From Acidimicrobiia bacterium (GTDB taxonomy: Bacteria > Actinomycetota > Acidimicrobiia > Acidimicrobiales > JANYDT01), in assembly GCA_043718695.1 (NCBI GenBank), contig JAYSVF010000080.1:1-24000 (forward strand): a stretch of 24,000 nt of DNA, in the 5' to 3' direction. Position numbers and translations under genes: made by a program. Below, in pieces: positions 1 to 6,037 of this stretch; the stretch's first letter is position 1; each line of letters begins with the position of its first letter. Under the pieces are notes generated by a model that was not told the DNA's origin, ran no database searches, and saw nothing but the letters and a program-made list of their open reading frames with translations.

Positions 1-491
1 AATCGGTCTAGCCACTCAAGGCTCGTGATTTGGCGACCGGTTGCCTGATCTTCACCGAGACCCATCCAGTAGCCATTACCGGAAAGGGTTTCGTCCATGA
101 TCGAGCCCTCCCAGCAGACGATGAACGGCGCATCGAGTTCACCGTCGGCGGCCATGCGAAGGTTCTCGACCCATTCAGCTCCTGATTCGACCGAAACCAC
201 ACAGTGCACCAGCTCAACTCGCGGTAATCCCGGAATGATGCCGTTCATAAGGTCTTCGAGCTTCGGATGCGTCGCCCCGGTGACTGCGACCGAACAGCCG
301 TCACAAGACGCACCCACGATCCACAGGAGGTAAACCTTTTCCAACGGGCCGATATTGAGAACGTCATTGCGGGGCTCACGCAGCCGACTTCGCAATCCAA
401 TGGGCGCGAACGGATCATTCGGGTCAGTGATCAGGGCTTTGAGTGGGATTTCGACAACGTAGTTTGGATCAGCGACGGTGTACTGAGTCAT
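1..491 (-). CDS. [NiFe]-hydrogenase small subunit, N-terminal ~163 codons (gene continues beyond the left edge)
   Basis: Absent from the ORF track because there is no in-window stop. Hand translation from ATG at 491-489 (minus) gives MTQYTVADPNYVVEIPLKALITDPNDPFAPIGLRSRLREPRNDVLNIGPLEKVYLLWIVGASCDGCSVAVTGATHPKLEDLMNGIIPGLPRVELVHCVVSVESGAEWVENLRMAADGELDAPFIVCWEGSIMDETLSGNGYWMGLGEDQATGRQITSLEWLDR. The LW-x4-C-x-G-C block followed by an EGSI block is the N-terminal signature of NiFe small subunits. The ~50-aa N-terminal extension has no twin-arginine motif, suggesting a cytoplasmic-type enzyme (group 1h/2-like). The group cannot be fixed from this fragment. Confidence 0.85.
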   Translation of the reverse strand, partial: MTQYTVADPNYVVEIPLKALITDPNDPFAPIGLRSRLREPRNDVLNIGPLEKVYLLWIVGASCDGCSVAVTGATHPKLEDLMNGIIPGLPRVELVHCVVSVESGAEWVENLRMAADGELDAPFIVCWEGSIMDETLSGNGYWMGLGEDQATGRQITSLEWLDR

Positions 492-518
492 TTGTCGACC
501 TTGTTTGTTGGACGGTAC

Positions 519-531
519 CTGTAGAGTACAC
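519..531. promoter_or_regulatory. Perfect 6-1-6 palindrome CACATA-G-TATGTG in the divergent hydrogenase/accessory-operon intergenic region (candidate operator)
   Basis: Read directly from the sequence. On the minus strand it overlaps a TACTAT hexamer (TAnnnT-type -10 candidate) about 40 nt upstream of the small-subunit ATG. Function is inferred only. Confidence 0.3.
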
Positions 532-677
532 ATAGTATGTGACCGACGCCACCACCAATCACGTCTCATTCCAACCAAAATCTCAAGAACAAGAAACCCA
601 CACAAAGCGTCAACCGTTCAATATGTCTATGCAAGAGAGCCTCAACAGGTGACTCGCACTCGCAAAGGAGAGAGCAA

Positions 678-929
678 ATGGGAGGATGGATCGTCGGTTG
701 GTCGATTGGGGCTGTTGTCGTGCTCGCGCTTGTTGCGCTGTTGTTAGCAATGATTCGTGGGGCAAGCAGGGCGGCTGTGAAAGCTGGCAATATTTTGGCC
801 GCTCTTGAGCAAAGCCGAGATAACACCGCTGGGCTTTGGGCGGTTGACGTCACGAACAAAACGGCCCGTCGTATTACTAACGCCGCAACCGCCGCACGAC
901 TTCACATTGCATCGAAAGGAAACTCATGA
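678..929 (+). CDS. Small single-pass membrane protein (83 aa), unknown function
   Basis: AAGGAG sits 7 nt upstream of the ATG. N-terminal hydrophobic helix (WIVGWSIGAVVVLALVALLLAMI) followed by a predicted helical soluble part. The stop overlaps the next start (ATGA at 926-929). Confidence 0.7.
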   Translation: MGGWIVGWSIGAVVVLALVALLLAMIRGASRAAVKAGNILAALEQSRDNTAGLWAVDVTNKTARRITNAATAARLHIASKGNS

Positions 930-1210
930 GCACAAACGCCGCCTGGTGGCTCACGCTAGCGCTCGGTCTCGTCGTTGCGATCGTCGCCGTGATTTTGCTT
1001 GAAGTGTTTTACCGAAAAGTGCGGGCAGTCGAGGCCGGCACGTTGGCGATTTGGAACATGGGCAAAGAGGTTGCCCGAAACACCGCCACGACCTGGATGC
1101 TGGCACAAACACCCGAACGACTTGATCGCCTCACCGAAGAAGCATTACTTCACAACGCCCTACTCGACGATGCGTTGGCTTCCTCCGGCGTGGCTGTAGG
1201 AGGACGCTAA
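926..1210 (+). CDS. Small single-pass membrane protein (94 aa), apparent paralogue of the preceding gene
   Basis: GAAAGGA lies upstream of the start. N-terminal TM helix (WWLTLALGLVVAIVAVILL). The post-TM segment AVEAGTLAIWNMGKEVARNTATTW aligns by eye with AVKAGNILAALEQSRDNTAGLW of the previous protein. Confidence 0.7.
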   Translation: MSTNAAWWLTLALGLVVAIVAVILLEVFYRKVRAVEAGTLAIWNMGKEVARNTATTWMLAQTPERLDRLTEEALLHNALLDDALASSGVAVGGR

Positions 1211-1212
1211 CC

Positions 1213-1476
1213 ATGCGCACTCTCCTCATCACGCTCTCCGTTTTTGAAATCCTCCTCGTTGTCGGTGCATTGGCGTTCTACCTTTGGCGCATTGCCCGTT
1301 CGCTTCGCGCATCGTCGGCCAACTTGGCCAAAGTCACCTTTGGAGTTCGAGCTATCGAAACGCAGTGTGCTTCGATTGGCCCGTCTGTCGTGAAGGTCAA
1401 CTCTCAGCTCGTCGCGATAGCAGGAGCATTGGATGCCATCGCCACAAAAGCCGAAACCCTCGGCGCCGCCAACTGA
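1213..1476 (+). CDS. Small single-pass membrane protein (87 aa), same architecture as the two preceding genes
   Basis: AGGAGGA sits 8 nt upstream, and the ATG is 2 nt after the previous stop. N-terminal TM helix (LLITLSVFEILLVVGALAFYLW) followed by an Ala/Val/Ile-rich helical tail. Confidence 0.7.
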   Translation: MRTLLITLSVFEILLVVGALAFYLWRIARSLRASSANLAKVTFGVRAIETQCASIGPSVVKVNSQLVAIAGALDAIATKAETLGAAN

Positions 1477-1512
1477 TGCAGCGAGCGCCTAAAAAATGCT
1501 GAAATACCACAC

Positions 1513-1549
1513 GGGGAAGCCGCTCCGTGGGAGGTGAACCGGCTTCCTC
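1513..1549 (+). other. 10-bp-stem RNA hairpin (GGGGAAGCCG / CGGCTTCCTC, one G-U) with a 17-nt loop
   Basis: Arms at 1513-1522 and 1540-1549. The loop CTCCGTGGGAGGTGAAC contains a GGGAGG Shine-Dalgarno-like string and the GTG (1527) that opens the next ORF. No U-tract follows. Confidence 0.45.
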
Positions 1550-1970
1550 TCCGAAGACCCCCGCTCTAGCGGCATTGTATTGGCGAAGCGAAATTCTGCA
1601 AGTCATGTACTGGCTGCGAGGAGAAGGCTTTGGCGATATCGTCGATGCTGGACTGGTGGAACGGTTCCTCGGCGTTGACGCAACGATCGGCGTTACCTAT
1701 CTTGATCGCTTAGTAGAGGAAAATTACCTGGTCGCAGATGGGCCGTTCTATTCTCTGTCTGATCTGGGCCGAGCGGAAGGTGCCGCAGAATTCGCGTCTT
1801 CGTTTGCCGATCTAATGCGACCAACCCATGGCGAATGTGATGCTGATTGCTGGTGCCATCAATCAGCCGACGAAGCGGAAGCGTGTTCCGCCGCTCGCCG
1901 CACACACGATCACGATCTTCTCCACGAAGACTACAGAGAACTCGAAGAACCCCCCAAAGGCAGTTCATGA
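1527..1970 (+). CDS. Winged-helix-like protein with a C-terminal Cys/His-rich motif (putative metal/redox-sensing regulator); start codon uncertain
   Basis: The segment EILQVMYWLRGEGFGDIVDAGLVERFLGVDATIGVTYLDRLVEENYLVADGPFYSLSDLGR looks like a PadR/MarR-type wHTH. It is followed by THGECDADCWCHQSADEAEAC (4 Cys plus His). The stop overlaps the PadR start (ATGA). The GTG at 1527 lies inside a hairpin loop, so the true start may be downstream. Confidence 0.6.
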   Translation: MGGEPASSPKTPALAALYWRSEILQVMYWLRGEGFGDIVDAGLVERFLGVDATIGVTYLDRLVEENYLVADGPFYSLSDLGRAEGAAEFASSFADLMRPTHGECDADCWCHQSADEAEACSAARRTHDHDLLHEDYRELEEPPKGSS

Positions 1971-2407
1971 AATCCACCAACAAATTCACCTTCTACGAGC
2001 CCGATCTCGACGGTTCTCTCCCCCGCCACTTCCTCCGTTCTGCTCTTTTCATTTGCCTTCTCCCCGGACGTTCCCACGGCTACGAACTCCTAGAGCAGGT
2101 CAGACTTTTCGGCCTCTCCACCGCGGATCTCGCCGGCGTGTATCGAGCCATGAAGTCGATGGAACATGATGGTCTCGTCAATTCCGAATGGGAGAAGTCT
2201 GGGCTCGGACCACCGCGACGCATTTACGAGTTGACTCCATTAGGCCTGATCGCTGCTGACAAGCACCGTAACGCCCTCCGAACGGCTCGCGATCACCTTG
2301 ACTTGATGATCAGATCCGTTTCGCCTCTTCCCGTTGACCACAGGTTCCAACACGGACTACGTAGCGCTTCGGTTGGGCCACGGCCTTCGAGTCAAAAGAC
2401 CTCATGA
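1967..2407 (+). CDS. PadR-family transcriptional regulator
   Basis: From the internal ATG at 1967 (ATGA overlap with the previous stop). GYELLEQV...LAGVYRAMKSMEHDGLVNSEWEKSGLGPPRRIYELTPLG is the classic PadR wHTH signature. The longer 1847 start was rejected (Arg/Ser-rich, overlaps the upstream gene). Confidence 0.85.
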   Translation: MKSTNKFTFYEPDLDGSLPRHFLRSALFICLLPGRSHGYELLEQVRLFGLSTADLAGVYRAMKSMEHDGLVNSEWEKSGLGPPRRIYELTPLGLIAADKHRNALRTARDHLDLMIRSVSPLPVDHRFQHGLRSASVGPRPSSQKTS

Positions 2408-3183
2408 GAATCGCCATTGCTGGTAAAGGGGGCGCAGGCAAGACCACCTTCTCCGCTACCACTGCTCGCCTACTCGCTCGGCAGGGAATGAACGTCGTCG
2501 CAATCGATGCCGATACCAATCCCAACCTAGCCGCCGCGATGGGTTTCGACCTCGCCGCAGTCTCCAACGTAGCCATACTTCCCACCAACATCGTGTCACG
2601 TCGTCTCGACGGTTCCGCAGCGCTGCGCCTGCCACTCGATGAGGTTCTCGACGGCCATGCAGTTCGTGGGCCAGATGGAGTTCGTCTCGTTCGCATGGGA
2701 ATGCCCGACCACGCCCAAGAAGGTTGCCTTTGTTCGGCCCATGCCGCCGGATCAGCTCTACTCGCCGACCTTGGTTCGCAATCTGAAACCTGGACAATCA
2801 TGGACTTAGAAGCATCGCCCGAACACTTAAGTCGTGGCACTGCACGCCATGCCGACGCACTGATCCTTGTGGCCGAGCCGTATTTCCGATCCCTTGAAGC
2901 TGTGCGACTCCAGGCGCGCCTGGCGGCAGAACTCCCAAACGTAGTTGTTGGAGCGGTGGCCAATAAACTCCGATCGCCCGAAGATGCACAAGCCGTCCGC
3001 GAGTTTGTTGACAGTATTGGAATTCCCCTCTGGGGTGAGGTTCCCTGGTCCGATGACATTACCAACGCCGATCGCCTCCGAATGTCACTGATCGATGCCG
3101 CGCCGGCCAGCCCAGCAGTTACGGGCATGCGGAACACGTTACGTACACTTATGGCACTGAAAGCATCACGAGTATGTGTGTAG
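2404..3183 (+). CDS. CooC-type (MinD/ParA-fold) nickel-insertion accessory ATPase
   Basis: Deviant Walker A motif MRIAIAGKGGAGKTT. The EGCLCSAH motif corresponds to the CooC C-x-C metal site, and DLEASPEHLSRGT to CooC DMEAGIEHFGRGT. ATGA overlap with PadR. Confidence 0.85.
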   Translation: MRIAIAGKGGAGKTTFSATTARLLARQGMNVVAIDADTNPNLAAAMGFDLAAVSNVAILPTNIVSRRLDGSAALRLPLDEVLDGHAVRGPDGVRLVRMGMPDHAQEGCLCSAHAAGSALLADLGSQSETWTIMDLEASPEHLSRGTARHADALILVAEPYFRSLEAVRLQARLAAELPNVVVGAVANKLRSPEDAQAVREFVDSIGIPLWGEVPWSDDITNADRLRMSLIDAAPASPAVTGMRNTLRTLMALKASRVCV

Positions 3184-3473
3184 GAGTTCCCGCTAGAGTA
3201 ATCGGTCCGGTCGACATGACCACCCACGAGGCCATGGTCGAGTGCAATGGAGTCCGCCGCAGCGTCAACGTTTCCTTAGTCGTCGAAACCGATGGCACAG
3301 GACTCAACCTCGGAGACTGGGTTCTTTTGCACGTCGGTTTTGCCATGAGCATTCTCGACGAAGACGAGGCACGTCGCACCTTGGAGTTACTCACCCTCCT
3401 TGGCGGCGACAATGAAGACTTCGAAGCTTTCGCCGCATCGGCCGAATCTCTTAACGCCTCCGTAGAACCATGA
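3174..3473 (+). CDS. hypC: Hydrogenase maturation chaperone HypC/HupF
   Basis: N-terminal MCVGVP and GDWVLLHVGFAMSILDEDEA are HypC hallmarks. Overlaps the CooC gene by 10 nt. Confidence 0.9.
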   Translation: MCVGVPARVIGPVDMTTHEAMVECNGVRRSVNVSLVVETDGTGLNLGDWVLLHVGFAMSILDEDEARRTLELLTLLGGDNEDFEAFAASAESLNASVEP

Positions 3474-4165
3474 CCGTGATCGACCCCTGCGGTTCGTTGG
3501 CGGTCGTTGCGCGTCACCTTTCCAATCGCATCGCGCAGGGGTCCACCCTCTGGGCGGTTGCACCCGAATTGGACGACCATGCACACCACCTCGCCGTGGA
3601 GTTCGTTCACCCAGCTTCGGTGGGAGCGATGGCTGTACCGGCAGTGGCTGTCTGCGGTGAGGCAGACCGAATGCTCGAAAAGCTCCGAGCGCAAGTCCGC
3701 ACCGGCGACGTCATCGTCTCGATGGGATACACCGACACATTCATTGTCGAGCTGTCCAATCGTGCCGTGGCGTGGGGAGCCGATCACGTTCACCTTGGAT
3801 GGGGGCAGGACCCAATCGCCAGTCCTCTTGACCCTCGGTCATTCTGTGTTCAACTCGGCACCGACGGGTCTAGCGAACGGTACCTCACCCGTTCGTACCA
3901 TTTGCTATGGGAACTTACATGCATTTGTCTTCAGAATCGAAAGTTGACAAGTGCACCTCACGACGATGTTCTCGTCACTACCAGCTGTTCGGTGTGCGCC
4001 GATGAAGCGACCACAACGGAAGTGACGGAAGTACTGACGAACGATAGAGCGCGAGTTCGGACAGCCTGCGGTCCGGAAGTCATTGATATCAGCCTCCTCG
4101 ACAATGTTCGACAACATGATCTCGTACTGGTACATGCTGGAATCGCCCTTCGAAGGTTGTCGTGA
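3470..4165 (+). CDS. Fusion protein: degenerate SIS (GmhA-like) domain plus C-terminal HypC-like OB domain
   Basis: The N-terminal ~160 aa follows the GmhA/SIS layout (HHLAVEFVHP ~ QHFAAELVGRF; HLLWELTCICL ~ HLLILHCLCELI) but lacks the GNGGS loop. The C-terminal 57 aa, VCADEATTTEVTEVLTNDRARVRTACGPEVIDISLLDNVRQHDLVLVHAGIAL, resembles HypC (..A.V...G....V.L.L....D.VLVH.G.A.). ATGA overlap with hypC. Confidence 0.7.
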   Translation: MTVIDPCGSLAVVARHLSNRIAQGSTLWAVAPELDDHAHHLAVEFVHPASVGAMAVPAVAVCGEADRMLEKLRAQVRTGDVIVSMGYTDTFIVELSNRAVAWGADHVHLGWGQDPIASPLDPRSFCVQLGTDGSSERYLTRSYHLLWELTCICLQNRKLTSAPHDDVLVTTSCSVCADEATTTEVTEVLTNDRARVRTACGPEVIDISLLDNVRQHDLVLVHAGIALRRLS

Positions 4166-4166
4166 C

Positions 4167-4916
4167 ATGGCTACGAGCAACTCCGTGAACGGACCGAGCT
4201 TCTTATACCCTTTCCTAGACGCAATGCCATTAGATGAAGCGCAAACGCCACAACATTCCGCGGACAAATCGACAAAGCACCCGACTGAAACCCTTTTCAG
4301 CAATAGCGAGCTCGAGGAATTGGCTGCAGCCGCTCGCGTCAGCTGGACTACCGGCGAGGAGTTAGACAAGGAAACGGTTATCGCAAATGAACTACTGATT
4401 GACGAAGCAGCACGGTTGATCGTCGAGAGCACGCTTGGGTTTGGTCGGGTGTTCGTAATTGGCAATGGAGGAAGTGCCTGCGATGCCCAACGATTCGTGC
4501 GCTTGCTACAACCCTCAGTCGCGGTATCGTCGTTGATGGATTCGGTGGTCATCACCGCGCTCGCAAATGATGTCGGCGCCGACCGTATCTTCGATCGCCA
4601 AATCGAAACCTTTGCAAAGTCTCAGGATGTTGTCGTGGCATTCAGCACGAGCGGCACATCCACAAATGTTCTCAGCGCACTTGCACGAGCGAGGCGAAAG
4701 GGAGCATTTACCATCGTCTTTGCTGGCTACGGGGGTGCGGCACTTACCAACAATCCCGATGTAGATGTTTGCCTCGCCGTGGACTCATCGAGCGTTCACC
4801 GCATCCAAGAAGCCCAGGGTGCCCTTACGTTGACACTCGCCGATCGGGTTGGTATGCATCTAGAGGTACGGCGCGGCACTACAACGGACGAATCAGCTAG
4901 GACCGCTACGCCATGA
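4167..4916 (+). CDS. SIS-domain protein (phosphoheptose-isomerase/GmhA-like) with an N-terminal ~70-aa extension
   Basis: From the ATG 1 nt after the previous stop. VFVIGNGGSACDAQRF, ALANDVGADRIFDRQIE, VVVAFSTSGTSTNVLSAL and SVHRIQEAQ match SIS/GmhA motifs. Confidence 0.8.
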   Translation: MATSNSVNGPSFLYPFLDAMPLDEAQTPQHSADKSTKHPTETLFSNSELEELAAAARVSWTTGEELDKETVIANELLIDEAARLIVESTLGFGRVFVIGNGGSACDAQRFVRLLQPSVAVSSLMDSVVITALANDVGADRIFDRQIETFAKSQDVVVAFSTSGTSTNVLSALARARRKGAFTIVFAGYGGAALTNNPDVDVCLAVDSSSVHRIQEAQGALTLTLADRVGMHLEVRRGTTTDESARTATP

Positions 4917-6037
4917 AGTTCGTTGACGAATACCGCGATCCACAAACCGCCAAGCTTGCACTCAAACAAATTGAATCATTGGCAGGAGATCAACCGCTGA
5001 AATTTATGGAAGTCTGTGGCGGACACACGCACACGATTTACCGTCATGGGATCGAGCAGATTCTTCCGCCGAATATTGAGCTCGTCCACGGTCCGGGCTG
5101 CCCGGTGTGCGTGATCCCCATGGGTCGAGTTGATGATGCGATTGCCGTGGCGCAAACCCCTGGGGTGATCTTCACAACCTTCGGCGACATGCTCCGCGTA
5201 CCGGGATCAACCTCAACGCTATTAGAGGCGAAGGCCCGTGGGGCCGATGTCCGTATGGTCTACTCGCCCCTCGACGCACTTGAGTTGGCCCGACGAAACC
5301 CTGATAGCCAAGTCGTTTTCTTTGCTGTCGGCTTCGAGACCACAGCGCCCTCCACGGCAATCACTCTTCGCCAGGCCAAACGTGACGGCGTCAGCAATTT
5401 TTCGGTGTTCTGCAACCACGTCACCATCGTTCCCCCGTTGTTAGCCATCCTCGATAGTCCCGGCCTCGAACTCCACGGATTCCTTGGGCCCGGGCACGTG
5501 GCCACCGTCGTCGGCCTGCGTCCATTTCAATTCGTAAGCGAACGTTACAACAAGCCGATCGTGGTGGCAGGCTTCGAACCACTTGACATACTCCAAGGTG
5601 TGTCCATGCTCCTGCAGCAGCGGGACCAGGGCCGCTGCGAAGTGCAAAACCAATACGGTCGGGCCGTTCCACCTTCTGGCAACCCCCGAGCCCTTGAGGT
5701 TATGGCTGAGGTTTTTGAACTTCGTCCACATTTCGAATGGCGCGGGCTGGGTTTCATCCCGCAATCCGGACTCCGACTTAATCCAACGTACGCAGATTAT
5801 GACACCGAACAACGCTTCACGGTTCCTGGTGTGCGTATTGCCGACCCGAAAGCGTGCCAGTGCGGCGAAGTGTTAAAGGGAGCGATTCGGCCTTGGGAAT
5901 GCAAGGTGTTCGGAACAGCGTGCACCCCACAAACACCGATCGGTACGTGCATGGTTTCGTCAGAGGGTGCATGCGCCGCGTTCTACAACTACGGTCGACT
6001 CTCCCAGCGCCGCAACATTGCGGTCCGTTCCGCATGA
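4913..6037 (+). CDS. hypD: Hydrogenase maturation protein HypD
   Basis: Motifs MKFVDEYRD, CGGHTHTIYRHG, GPGCPVCV, VGFETT, and the C-terminal GTCMVSSEGACAA cysteine motif. Confidence 0.95.
   Translation: MKFVDEYRDPQTAKLALKQIESLAGDQPLKFMEVCGGHTHTIYRHGIEQILPPNIELVHGPGCPVCVIPMGRVDDAIAVAQTPGVIFTTFGDMLRVPGSTSTLLEAKARGADVRMVYSPLDALELARRNPDSQVVFFAVGFETTAPSTAITLRQAKRDGVSNFSVFCNHVTIVPPLLAILDSPGLELHGFLGPGHVATVVGLRPFQFVSERYNKPIVVAGFEPLDILQGVSMLLQQRDQGRCEVQNQYGRAVPPSGNPRALEVMAEVFELRPHFEWRGLGFIPQSGLRLNPTYADYDTEQRFTVPGVRIADPKACQCGEVLKGAIRPWECKVFGTACTPQTPIGTCMVSSEGACAAFYNYGRLSQRRNIAVRSA

Noticed and set aside
8-217. 69-aa minus-strand ORF in the ORF track
   Set aside because: It is an alternative frame of the region that, in the correct frame (1-491, minus), encodes a clear NiFe small-subunit N-terminus. 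The plus-strand ORFs 97-333 and 267-524 are antisense shadows of the same gene.
1847-1966. N-terminal extension of the PadR ORF (start at 1847)
   Set aside because: The extension is Arg/Ser/Pro-rich and overlaps the upstream gene by 120 nt. The ATG at 1967 gives an ATGA stop/start overlap and a normal PadR length.
2310-3227. 305-aa minus-strand ORF
   Set aside because: Antisense to the well-supported CooC-type ATPase gene. It has Arg/Ser/Ala-rich composition typical of shadow ORFs in GC-rich DNA and no recognisable motifs. The same reasoning applies to 3149-3793 and 3905-4555 (minus).
4083-4166. Upstream extension of the SIS-domain ORF
   Set aside because: It overlaps the end of the preceding gene. 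The ATG at 4167 lies 1 nt after that gene's stop.
5854-6033. Long N-terminal extension of HypE (ORF track start 5854)
   Set aside because: It overlaps the conserved C-terminus of hypD in another frame. The ATG at 6034 overlaps the hypD stop (ATGA) and gives a normal HypE N-terminus leading to MAHGAGG.
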